NCBI GenBank assembly: GCA_002269645.1
Contig: NIVC01001180.1
Span: 62,001-126,000, forward strand
Length of the DNA: 64,000 nucleotides
Direction: 5' to 3'
Source of the DNA: Macrostomum lignano
Lineage: Eukaryota
Both the position numbers and the translations under genes were made by a program. Shown one piece after another: positions 11,217 through 23,300 of the stretch. Position 1 is the stretch's first letter, and each line of letters opens with the position of its first letter. The notes beneath the pieces are model-generated. The model saw nothing but the letters and a program-made list of their open reading frames with translations, was not told the origin of the DNA and did not search any database.

Positions 11217-11666
11217 TTACCAAGGACGCCAGACTGTCTGATCCGTTGGCTGGTGGTTCTCTAGCGACGCAAGAGGATGCCGCTGCTGCTGCTGCTGCTC
11301 GAGCCTCGAGTTGAAGACGGCGCCTCCCGACTGCCAGGAGTCCTCGTCGGAGCCGGAGTCCACTGTCGACGATGTCGAGGACAAAGACTTCTTCGGCTTG
11401 ACAGTGGCGGCGGCGGCGGCGGCGGTCGAAGAGCTGGAGGCCGGCATCGTCATCGAGTATCCCAGCTGCTGCTGCTGCTGCGGATTCCTCTGCTGCAACA
11501 GGGCGACAGTCAGCTCAAGGATGTCGGCCTTCTCCAGCCGCTGCAGCCGGTCGGGGTCCACCCGCCTGTTCAACTGCAGCAGCTCCTTGAGCCTGTTCAA
11601 GCTGGCGTTGATCCTGGCCCGTCTCTGTCGCTCCATCACCTGCTTGCTGAGTCGTCTCTGCTCCAT
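11217..11666 (-). CDS. Hairy/Enhancer-of-split (HES) family bHLH repressor with C-terminal WRPW; intronless, 149 aa, no recognisable Orange domain
   Basis: Basic-helix 'RRLSKQVMERQRRARINASLNRLKELL', loop-helix 'LEKADILELTVALL', terminal 'VWRPW*'. Single uninterrupted ORF. Confidence 0.93.
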   Translation of the reverse strand: MEQRRLSKQVMERQRRARINASLNRLKELLQLNRRVDPDRLQRLEKADILELTVALLQQRNPQQQQQLGYSMTMPASSSSTAAAAAATVKPKKSLSSTSSTVDSGSDEDSWQSGGAVFNSRLEQQQQQRHPLASLENHQPTDQTVWRPW

Positions 11667-11749
11667 GCTCTAATGTCGGGTAGGTAATACTTGACTTGAT
11701 GCTTAACTTGAGGAAATAAGGAAGCAGAATCGAGGCTTCTTGATGGAGC

Positions 11750-11970
11750 GCGGGGCGGCCTCCGGGGTTATAAGCTGCCGCCCGCCGCCAGCCGCCTCCC
11801 CGCCGGGCCGGCTCGCGACCAATAGTCTGCGCTCGGCTCGGCACGGGACCTCGAGCGGAACTGCATGGCGGCACTGCGGCACGCCTCCGCCTCGTGACTG
11901 CCCGGCTGCCTCATTGGGTTGCTGTGTGGAGTTTGGTGGGGGGGGGGGGGCCGGCCCACCCAATTGGGTT
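11750..11970 (-). promoter_or_regulatory. Putative proximal promoter of the HES gene
   Basis: TATAA on the minus strand at 11768-11772 (~100 nt upstream of the ATG); CCAAT/ATTGG at 11819-11823, 11913-11917 and 11960-11967; GC-rich GC-box-like sequence. Motif-based inference only. Confidence 0.5.
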
Positions 11971-12263
11971 CCCCTATTTCCGCTGAGAGACCGGTTCTAA
12001 ACAATTATTGGAATAGAACTTCTCCTAGGCCAAGTTGCTGAGCAATTGGAGGTCACTCGGCCGTGTCCTCTGAGCATTGAATCAGCTGATTGCTCATGCC
12101 AAGGGCGTAGCATCCTCTGATAATGATTACATTAACTCTAATTGTGTGATCCCCGTGGCTCAAGTGGGATTGTGCAAGATCCGGTTTCAAGCTTAACTAT
12201 TTTAATGTGAATTGGTTTGAGTTCTAACGGAAATTGCCTCGGTTCTTTTAGTCCAGTCTACCG

Positions 12264-13905
12264 GCTGAATGACCCCATTATCTGAGGCTGAATGACCCCA
12301 TGATCTGAGGCTGAATGACCCCATGATCTTAGCCTGAATGACCCCATGATCTGAGGCTGAATGACCCCATGATTTGAGGCTGAATGACCCCATGATCTTA
12401 GCCTGAATGACCCCATGATCTAAAGCTGAATGACCCATGATCTGAGGCTGAATGACCCCATGATCTGAGGCTGAATGACCCATGATCTGAGGCTGAATGA
12501 CCCCATGATCTTAGCCTGAATGACCCCATGATCTGAGGCTGAATGACCCCATGATCTAAGGCTGAATGACCCATGATCTGATGCTGAATGACCCATGATT
12601 TGAGGCTGAATAACCCCATGATCTAAGGCTGAATGACCCATGATCTGAGGCTGAATGACCCCATGATCTGAGGCTGAATGACCCATGATCTGAGGCTGAA
12701 TGACCCCATGATCTGAGGCTGAATGACCCATGATCTGATGCTGAATGACCCATGATCTGAGGCTGAATGACCCCATGATCTAAGGCTGAATGACCCATGA
12801 TCTGAGGCTGAATGACCCCATGATCTGAAGCTGAATGACCCATGATCTGAGGCTGAATGACCCCATGATCTGAGGCTGAATGACCCCATATTCTGAGGCT
12901 GAATGACCCATGATCTGAGGCTGAATGACCCCATATTCTGAGGCTGAATGACCCATGATCTGAGGCTGAATGACCCCATGATCTGAGGCTGAATGACCCA
13001 TGATCTGAGGCTGAATGACCCATGATCTGAGGCTGAATGACCCATGATCTGAGGCTGAATGACCCATGATCTGAGGCTGAATGACCCATGATCTGAGGCT
13101 GAATGACCCATGATCTGAGGCTGAATGACCCCATATTCTGAGGCTGAATGACCCATGATCTGAGGCTGAATGACCCCATATTCTGAGGCTGAATGACCCC
13201 ATGATCTGAGGCTGAATGACCCCATGATCTGAGGCTGAATGACCCCATATTCTGAGGCTGAATGACCCATGATCTAAGGCTGAATGACCCCATATTCTGA
13301 GGCTGAATGACCCCATGATCTGAGGCTGAATGACCCCATGATCTGAGGTTGAATGACCCATGATCTGAGGCTGAATGACCCCATGATCTGAGGCTGAATG
13401 ACCCATGATCTGAGGCTGAATGACCCCATGATCTGAGGCTGAATGACCCATGATCTGATGCTGAATGACCCCATGATCTGAGGCTGAATGACCCATGATC
13501 TGAGGCTGAATGACCCATGATCTGAGGCTGAATGACCCCATGATCTGAGGCTGAATGACCCATGATCTGAGGCTGAATGACCCATGATCTGAGGCTGAAT
13601 GACCCCATATTCTGAGGCTGAATGACCCATGATCTAAGGCTGAATGACCCCATATTCTGAGGCTGAATGACCCATGATCTGAGGCTGAATGACCCCATGA
13701 TCTGAGGCTGAATGACCCCATATTCTGAGGCTGAATGACCCATGATCTAAGGCTGAATGACCCCATATTCTGAGGCTGAATGACCCCATGATCTGAGGCT
13801 GAATGACCCCATGATCTGAGGTTGAATGACCCATGATCTGAGGCTGAATGACCCCATGATCTGAGGCTGAATGACCCATGATCTGAGGTTGAATGACCCT
13901 CATGA
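12264..13905. repeat. 22/23-bp minisatellite (TGAGGCTGAATGACCC(C)ATGATC)
   Basis: Homogeneous tandem array; units differ by C-run length. Confidence 0.98.
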
Positions 13906-14414
13906 CCTGGTCTCCCAAATTAGTCAGGACCCCCTCCAGTACCAGAATGTTACTAAAAATGTGCTTTCTATTGAACTTACAATTGCGACCTGATTCCCCA
14001 GTGAAATTCTCCAAATAAGTGACTGTTTCAAAGATATGCTAAGCGAACAAATGTGTGAATGAAGTAGCGTTCCACAAAATGCCATAAAATCCGACTGATG
14101 ACAAATTTCTTGACAAAGTTCACACACCAGGTGCGATGGCAGTTGTCAAATGAGTTGGATTGTCAACTTTGACAGCCGCCACTAGCTCATCAGACTCCTT
14201 TCTTAACTTAACTTCATCAAATGTTCATCATTATCCGCAGCTGGTGTAACTCATGTTTGAACTAAAATAGATTTCTTAGCTTCGCTTGTGGTGAATAAGA
14301 GTTTGTTTAAATTGTATAAACTATAAACCATATAGATGTAGTTCATATTGTAAGCCAGCAGTTTGGCATTCCTTCCCATGCAGCTGTGGATAAATTATTT
14401 TCGTTCGGTTCAGC

Positions 14415-14760
14415 GGCATAAGCGCAAACTGGCATAAGCCCAAACCTGCATAAGCCCAAACCTGCATAAGCCCAAACTGGCATAAGCGTAAACTGGCATA
14501 AGCCCAAACCTGCATAAGCCCAAACTGGCATAAGCGTAAACTGGCATAAGCGCAAACTGGCATAAGCGCAAACTGGCATAAGCGTAAACTGGCATAAGCG
14601 CAAACTGGCATAAGCACAAACTAGGATAAGCGCAAACTGGCATTAGCGCAAACTGGCATAAGCGCAAACTGGGATAAGCGCAAACTGGGATAAGCGCAAA
14701 CTGGGATAAGCGCAAACTGGGATAAGCGCAAACTGGGATAAGCGCAAACTGGCATAAGCG
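14415..14760. repeat. 16-bp minisatellite (GCATAAGCGCAAACTG)
   Basis: Direct tandem copies. Confidence 0.96.
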
Positions 14761-15183
14761 CGCACTTGAAAGCACAAAATGGATTATGTTTGATATCATA
14801 GTCAGATCTTTCAAACTTTTTAAAACCCTCCAACTCCAACCAGAGAAGCCATGCACTGGCTTGTAAGAAAATTTACACAAATTCGGCCTCTTCAAAAGAT
14901 TTGCTTCATTTAGTTATTTTAATTTAACGGTAAGAAATTTCCAGATTTTTCAGATGTTGGCGCGGAGAACTGAGAAAGCACCGAGCACTCATAACTCATA
15001 GGAAATGACAGAAAGTGGCGCCATACGCGGACGTACGTACGTACAAGATATCGATCGTTCTCAGAGAGCTCTCGCAGTCAATCCATGGACTGCTAAAAGC
15101 GTTAAGCAAAGCCGGAGATAAGGACTGGCAAATTTAATTTACGATGCATTGCAGAACTTAAACAAATTCAAGTAAATTCAAGC

Positions 15184-15275
15184 TGAGGGGGGCGCCAATT
15201 CGGGTGCTGAGGGGCGCCAATTCGGGTGCTGAGGGGCGCCAATTCGGGTGCTGAGGGGCGCCAATTCGGGTGCTA
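15184..15275. repeat. 22-bp repeat x4 (CTGAGGGGCGCCAATTCGGGTG)
   Basis: Four near-perfect copies. Confidence 0.92.
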
Positions 15276-15799
15276 AAAAGGTTCGCCTCCAGTCCAGAGG
15301 AAAGCGTAACCTTGTTGGCAGTCCATGACAGTCAGTTTCCCCACCTTTCCTGTTTTCCTCTCTCTCAGCTCCTTCATCCCTCAGACGGGACAGGTCAAAG
15401 CTTTTGTCGGCCCCCAGAAGTCCGAGGTCCCAGTTCCCAGCCACTTCACCCGGGGGTCGTATCTCTTACGGGTGATTGCATGCCTAATCTATAGTAATAT
15501 TCTATAAATATATGATATGCAAGTCTTTGTTCTGTATTAATGCTAAGTCAAGTTTTTTTAGTGTGGACATTTTGTGTTTTATTGTGTGCCAACTTAAGCA
15601 ATTGTGCATTCTATCAACCTAAGAGAGAGGAGATATTCTACATGTAGCATACAGAGTTTTAGTTTGTATGTATTGGTCTTTTTGCGAGCGAACACACCCA
15701 CACCCCAGGCCACTGAATTCAACTCAACTTGGGGTCTGCAAGCTCTGGCCTTTGAAACTTCGCAATAGCAAACCCGATTTGTCACTTCTCAGCCCTCTT

Positions 15800-18180
15800 C
15801 TCTCTAGTCTCCCTTCTTCTCTCCCCTCTGCTCCATCCTCTCCTCTCCTCTCCTCTCTCCTCTCCTCTCTCCTCTCCTCTCCTCTCCTCTCCTCTCCTCT
15901 CCTCTCCTCTCCTCTCCTCTCCTCTCCTCTTCTCTCCTCTCCTCTCCTCTCCTCTCCTCTCCTCTCCTCTCTTCTCTCCTCTCCCCTCTCCTCTCTCCTC
16001 TCCTCTCTACTCTTCTCTCTCCTCTCCTCTCCTCTCCTCTCCTCTCCTCTCCTCTCCTCTCCTCTCCTCTCCTCACCTCTCCTCTCCTCTCCTCTCCTCT
16101 CCTCTCTCCTCTCCCCTCTCCTCTCTCCTCTTCTCTCTACTCTCCTCTCTGCTCTGCTCTCTCCTCTCTCCTCTCCTCTCTCCTCTCCTCTCCTCTCCTC
16201 TCCTCTCCTCTCCTCTCCTCTCCTCTCCTCTCCTCTCCTCTCCTCTCCTCTCCTCTCCTCTCCTCTCCTCTCCTCTCCTCTCTCCTCTCTCCTCTCCTCT
16301 CTCCTCTCCTCTCCTCTCTCCTCTCTCCTCTCCTCTCCCTCCTCTCCTCTCTCCTCTCTCCTCTCTCCTCTTCTCTCTCCTCTCTCCTCTCTCCTCTCCT
16401 CTCCTCTCCTCTCCTCTCTCTCTCCTCTCTCCTCTCTCCTCTCTCCTCTTCTCTCTACTCTCCTCTCTGCTCTGCTCTCTCCTCTCTCCTCTCTCCTCTC
16501 CTCTCTCCTCTCCTCTCCTCTCCTCTCCTCTCCTCTCCTCTCCTCTCCTCTCCTCTCCTCTCTCCTCTCTCCTCTCCTCTCTACTCTCCTCTCTGCTCTG
16601 CTCTCTCCTCTCTCCTCTCCCCTCTCCACTCTCCTCTTCTCTCTACTCTCCTCTCTGCTCTGCTCTCTCCTCTCTCCTCTCCTCTCTCCTCTCCTCTCTA
16701 CTCTCCTCTCTGCTCTGCTCTCTCTTCTCTCCTCTCCTCTCTCCTCTCCTCTCCTCTCCTCTCCTCTCCTCTCCTCTCCTCTCCTCTCCTCTCTCCTCTC
16801 TCCTCTCTCCTCTCCTCTCTCCTCTCCTCTCCTCTCTCTCTCCCTCTCTCCTCTCCTCTCCTCTCCTCTCCTCTCCTCTCCTCTCCTCTCCTCTCCTCTC
16901 CTCTCCTCTCCTCTCCTCTCCTCTCTCTCTCTCCTCTCCTCTCTCCTCTCCTCTCTCTCCTCTCTCTCCTCTCCTCTCCCTCCTCTCCTCTCTCCTCTCT
17001 CCTCTCTCCTCTCTCCTCTCTCCTCTCTCCTCTCCTCTCCTCTCCTCTCCTCTCCTCTCCTCTCTCCTCTCTCCTCTCTCCTCTCTCCTCTTCTCTCTAC
17101 TCTCCTCTCTGCTCTGCTCTCTCCTCTCTCCTCTCTCCTCTCCTCTCTCCTCTCCTCTCCTCTCCTCTCCTCTCCTCTCCTCTCCTCTCCTCTCCTCTCC
17201 TCTCCTCTCTCCTCTCTCCTCTCCTCTCTACTCTCCTCTCTGCTCTGCTCTCTCCTCTCTCCTCTCCCCTCTCCACTCTCCTCTTCTCTCTACTCTCCTC
17301 TCTGCTCTGCTCTCTCCTCTCTCCTCTCCTCTCTCCTCTCCTCTCTACTCTCCTCTCTGCTCTGCTCTCTCTTCTCTCCTCTCCTCTCTCCTCTCCTCTC
17401 CTCTCCTCTCCTCTCCTCTCCTCTCCTCTCCTCTCCTCTCTCCTCTCTCCTCTCTCCTCTCCTCTCTCCTCTCCTCTCCTCTCTCCTCTCTCCTCTCCTC
17501 TCCTCTCCTCTCCTCTCTCCTCTCTCCTCTCTCCTCTCCTCTCCTCTCCTCTCCTCTCCTCTCCTCTCCTCTCTCCTCTCTCCTCTCTCCTCTCCTCTCT
17601 CCTCTCCTCTCTCCTCTCCTCTCTCCTCTCCTCTCCCTCTCTCTCTCTCTCCTCTCCTCTCCTCTCCTCTCCTCTCCTCTCTCCTCTCTCCTCTCTCCTC
17701 TCCTCTCTCCTCTCCTCTCCTCTCTCCTCTCTCCTCTCTCCTCTCTCCTCTTCTCTCTACTCTCCTCTCTGCTCTGCTCTCTCCTCTCTCCTCTCCTCTC
17801 TCCTCTCCTCTCCTCTCCTCTCCTCTCCTCTCCTCTCCTCTCCTCTCCTCTCCTCTCCTCTCCTCTCCTCTCTCCTCTCTCCTCTCTCCTCTCCTCTCCT
17901 CTCTCCTCTCCTCTCTCCTCTCTCCTCTCTCCTCTCCTCTCCTCTCTCTCCTCTCCTCTCCTCTCCTCTCCTCTCCTCTCCTCTCCTCTCCTCTCCTCTC
18001 CTCTCCTCTCCTCTCTCTCTCTCCTCTCTCCTCTCTCCTCTCTCCTCTCTCCTCTCTCTCTCTCTCTCCTCCTCTCCTCTCTCTCCTCTCCTCTCCTCTC
18101 CTCTCCTCTCTCTCTCCTCTCCTCTCCTCTCCTCTCCTCTCCTCTCCTCTCCTCTCCTCTCCTCTCTCCTCTCCTCTCTG
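15800..18180. repeat. 2.4-kb polypyrimidine (CTCCT/CTCT)n low-complexity tract
   Basis: Almost exclusively C/T on the + strand. Confidence 0.99.
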
Positions 18181-18733
18181 ATCTCCTCGTTCCTCTCTCT
18201 CTTCTTCTCTTCCTTTCATGTCGTAGGCCTTTAACAATATATATTTACATTGAAATTATGAAAATTATGTTTTTTCAACTCGTAATCCAACTTAGAGAAA
18301 CAATGGGCCTTATCTAATTAGTCATCCAGTCACCTTTACTCGAAAATGATGCGCCTGGCAACCGGCCGGACGAGTTTATACGAGGAGTCAGGACCAGCCA
18401 ATATGTCTCAGATACTTCTATAATCCCATGCTTTTGTTCCATAACTGGATTAATAAGCGCTGGGCCCGTTGAGTCAAAACATTCGGGTTGGCACCCTCTA
18501 GCCTGGCAACGGGGATTCCATTTTCGAATTTATTTTTTTACAAACTGTGAAGCTCGAGGGCATTTTTAGCGCATCCAGCAATACTGAGCAAAGTGGAAAA
18601 TGTGTGAAAATGACAATTAGGAATAATTGAGCAACTTGGGTCACGAAGTCAAGTTTTAATAACTCGGTTTGCGAATTAGCATTTCTTTGTTTTGTGGCCC
18701 ACCTGGATTAAGCAGTGAACTCTTGGTTCCATC

Positions 18734-19545
18734 CGCTCCCACCGATATCCGCCCCTTCCTACCCGCTCCCACCGATATCCGCCCCCTTCCTACCCACTCC
18801 CCCACCGATATCCGCCCCTTCCTACCCACTCTCCCACCGATATCCGCCCCCTTCCTACCCACTCACCCACCGATATCCGCCCCCTTCCTACCCACTCTCC
18901 CACCGATATCCGCCCCTTCCTACCCACTCTCCCACCGATATCCGCCCCTTCCTACCCACTCACCCACCGATATCCGCCCCTTCCTACCCACTCTCCCACC
19001 GATATCCGCCCCTTCCTACCCACTCTCCCACCGATATCCGCCCCTTCCTACCCACTCTCCCACCGATATCCGCCCCTTCCTACCCGCTCCCACCGATATC
19101 CGCCCCTTCCTACCCACTCTCCCACCGATATCCGCCCCTTCCTACCCACTCTCCCACCGATATCTGCCCCTTCCTACCCACTCCCCCACCGATATCCGCC
19201 CCTTCCTACCCACTCTCCCACCGATATCCGCCCCAATCACATCCGCTCCCACCGATATCCGCCCCATTCACACCCACTTCCACACCGATATCCGCCCCTT
19301 CTCACCAGCTATCACCGATATCCGCCCCTTCCCACCCGCTCCCACACCGATATCCGCCCCTTCCTACTCGCTCCCACCGATATCCGCCCCATTCACACCC
19401 ACTTCCACATCGATATCCGCCCCTTCTCACCAGCTATCACCGATATCCGCCCCTTCCCACCCGCTCCCACACCGATATCCGCCCCTTCCTACTCGCTGCC
19501 ACCGATATCCGCCCCTCTTACTCGCTCCCACCGATATTCACCCAT
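18734..19545. repeat. ~32-bp C-rich minisatellite (CACCGATATCCGCCCCTTCCTACCCACTCTCC)
   Basis: CACCGATA at 18901 and 18933; diverges toward the right end. Confidence 0.96.
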
Positions 19546-19793
19546 TCCTGAGAAATATAGAAACCAGTAAAAATACATGTAGCAAAAAGACAAGGTGAGC
19601 GGAAACGAGTGAGGGACACAAAGGCATTTCAAGAATATATAGGGTTTTTCACGGATAAGGCCACCACTGACCCAGCAAGCAGTTCTGCGTTCCAGCATTT
19701 TTTTATTCCCATGCTAAAAATCTGCTTCTGTTGCAATAAGTTACAACTGGATAGAGTTCACTTTGATGAAGGACGTATGAAATGGCAGGCCTG

Positions 19794-19800
19794 CCCCCCC

Positions 19801-19835
<35 letters not shown>
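19794..19835. repeat. C-run plus (CCG)n microsatellite
   Basis: Visible directly. Confidence 0.95.
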
Positions 19836-20311
19836 TCAGTCCTTCGAAAATTTATCTTGGCTAGTTGAAGAGCAAGAGTAAAGCTCTTATACAAAATGAA
19901 ACTTGGCGCTCACCTGAATTATTCGATAAATACATTATCATTCATCACTATCTGACAGTCGATTTTTATTTGTGATAATTTGGCAATATTGAATTACAAG
20001 GGGAGGAGTCCGTTATCCGGGACAGGGTCCAACCGAGCTCTCTCTCTCTACCAGCCGTAACTGAAAGCTCTCTGCAACCCAACTCTGCAATTGCTTCCTG
20101 GTTCCTGCATTTAGCGGGTGGCGCCTCCTACAAGTTCGATATCGAGTTTCGAACCCGAGAAAGGGGAAAAAACTAACGAGAACAGTTATTAGACAGTTTA
20201 GAGCGATTCCCCCAAGAATTTACGAGAATTGAACAAGATGCTGTGGAATCTGTGGATTCAGATTGTGACAAGGATAAGAGAAAAAGGTGAAAAGTGAAAA
20301 GGGAAAATGAA

Positions 20312-23300
20312 TCAGAAGCTGACACAGACAGAGACAGGGGAGAGTCAGGAGAAGCTGACACAGACAGAGACGGGGGAGAGTCAGGAGAAGCTGACACAGA
20401 CAGAGACAGGGGAGAGTCAGGAGAAGCTGACACAGACAGAGACAACGGAGAGTCAGGAGAAGCTGACACAGACAGAGACAGGGGAGAGTCAGGAGAAGCT
20501 GACACAGACAGAGACAGGGAGAGTCAGGAGAAGCTGACACAGACAGAGACAGGGGAGAGTCAGGAGAAGCTGACACAGACAGAGACAGGGGAGAGTCAGG
20601 AGAAGCTGACACAGACAGACACAGGGAGAGTCAGGAGAAGCTGACACAGACAGAGACAGGGGGAGAGTCAGGAGAAGCTGACACAGACAGAGACAGGGGA
20701 GAGTCAGGAGAAGCTGACACAGACAGACACAGGGAGAGTCAGAAGAAACTGACACAGACAGACACAGGGAGAGTCAGGAGAAGCTGACACAGACAGAGAC
20801 AGGGGAGAGTCAGGAGAAGCTGACACAGACAGAGACAGGGGAGAGTCAGGAGAAGCTGACACAGACAGACACAGGGAGAGTCAGGAGAAGCTGACACAGA
20901 CAGAGACAGGGGAGAGTCAGGAGAAGCTGACACAGACAGAGACAGGGGAGAGTCAGGAGAAGCTGACACAGACAGAGACAGGGGAGAGTCAGGAGAAGCT
21001 GACACAGACAGAGACAGGGGAGAGTCAGGAGAAGCTGACACAGACAGAGACAGGGAGAGTCAGGAGAAGCTTACACAGACAGAGACAGGGGAGAGTCAGG
21101 AGAAGATGACACAGACAGAGACAGGGGAGAGTCAGGAGAAGCTGACACAGACAGAGACAGGGGAGAGTCAGGAGAAGCTGACACAGACAGAGACAACGGA
21201 GAGTCAGGAGAAGCTGACACAGACAGAGACAACGGAGAGTCAGGAGAAGCTGACACAGACAGAGACAACGGAGAGTCAGGAGAAGCTGACACAGACAGAG
21301 ACAGGGGAGAGTCAGGAGAAGCTGACACAGACAGAGACAGGGGGAGAGTCAGGAGAAGCTGACACAGACAGAGACAGGGAGAGTCAGGAGAAGCTGACAC
21401 AGACAGAGACAGGGGGAGAGTCAGGAGAAGCTGACACAGACAGAGACAGGGGGAGAGTCAGGAGAAGCTGACACAGACAGAGACAGGGGAGAGTCAGGAG
21501 AAGCTGACACAGACAGAGACAGGGGAGAGTCAGGAGAAGCTGACACAGACAGAGACAGGGGAGAGTCAGGAGAAGCTGACACAGACAGAGACAGGGGAGA
21601 GTCAGGAGAAGCTGACACAGACAGAGACAGGGGAGAGTCAGGAGAAGCTGACACAGACAGAGACAGGGGAGAGTCAGGAGAAGCTGACACAGACAGAGAC
21701 AGGGGAGAGTCAGGAGAAGCTGACACAGACAGAGACAGGGGAGAGTCAGGAGAAGCTGACACAGACAGAGACAGGGGAGAGTCAGGAGAAGCTGACACAG
21801 ACAGAGACAGGGGAGAGTCAGGAGAAGCTGACACAGACAGAGACAGGGAGAGTCAGGAGAAGCTGACACAGACAGAGACAGAGGGAGAGTCAGGAGAAGC
21901 TGACACAGACAGAGACAGGGGAGAGTCAGGAGAAGCTGACACAGACAGAGACAGGGAGAGTCAGGAGAAGCTGACACAGACAGAGACAGGGAGAGTCAGG
22001 AGAAGCTGACACAGACAGAGACAGGAGAGTCAGGAGAAGCTGACACAGACAGAGACAGGGAGAGTCAGGAGAAGCTGACACAGACAGAGACAGGGAGAGT
22101 CAGGAGAAGCTGACACAGACAGAGACAGGAGAGTCAGGAGAAGCTGACACAGACAGAGACAGGGGAGAGTCAGGAGAAGCTGACACAGACAGAGACAGGG
22201 GAGAGTCAGGAGAAGCTGACACAGACAGAGACAGGGGAGAGTCAGGAGAAGCTGACACAGACAGAGACAACGGAGAGTCAGGAGAAGCTGACACAGACAG
22301 AGACAGGGGAGAGTCAGGAGAAGCTGACACAGACAGAGACAGGGGAGAGTCAGGAGAAGCTGACACAGACAGAGACAGGGGAGAGTCAGGAGAAGCTGAC
22401 ACAGACAGAGACAGGGGAGAGTCAGGAGAAGCTGACACAGACAGACACAGGGAGAGTCAGGAGAAGCTGACACAGACAGAGACAGGGGAGAGTCAGGAGA
22501 AGCTGACACAGACAGAGACAGGGGAGAGTCAGGAGAAGCTGACACAGACAGACACAGGGAGAGTCAGGAGAAGCTGACACAGACAGACACAGGGAGAGTC
22601 AGGAGAAGCTGACACAGACAGAGACAGGGGAGAGTCAGGAGAAGCTGACACAGACAGAGACAGGGGAGAGTCAGGAGAAGCTGACACAGACAGACACAGG
22701 GAGAGTCAGGAGAAGCTGACACAGACAGAGACAGGGGAGAGTCAGGAGAAGCTGACACAGACAGAGACAGGGGAGAGTCAGGAGAAACTGACACAGACAG
22801 AGACAGGGGAGAGTCAGGAGAAACTGACACAGACAGACACAGGGAGAGTCAGGAGAAGCTGACACAGACAGAGACAGGGAGAGTCAGGAGAAGCTGACAC
22901 AGACAGAGACAGGGGAGAGTCAGGAGAAGCTGACACAGACAGAGACAGGGGAGAGTCAGGAGAAGCTGACACAGACAGAGACAGGGGAGAGTCAGGAGAA
23001 GCTGACACAGACAGAGACAGGGGAGAGTCAGGAGAAGCTGACACAGACAGAGACAGGGGAGAGTCAGGAGAAGCTGACACAGACAGAGACAGGGGAGAGT
23101 CAGGAGAAGCTGACACAGACAGAGACAGGAGAGTCAGGAGAAGCTGACACAGACAGAGACAGGGAGAGTCAGGAGAAGCTGACACAGACAGAGACAGGGG
23201 AGAGTCAGGAGAAGCTGACACAGACAGAGACAGGGGAGAGTCAGGAGAAGCTGACACAGACAGAGACAGGGGAGAGTCAGGAGAAGCTGACACAGACAGA

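Noticed and set aside
13920-14250. Minus-strand frame with few stops (TFDEVKLRKES...FETVTYLENF), reminiscent of a P-element/THAP9 'DE' motif
   Set aside because: The similarity is too short and is interrupted by stops; it cannot be supported without a search.
20112-20156. Pol III A-box/B-box-like pair (TAGCGGGTGG...GTTTCGAACCC), possible tRNA or SINE
   Set aside because: Spacing is short (~34 nt), the B-box is mismatched, and I could not build a cloverleaf.
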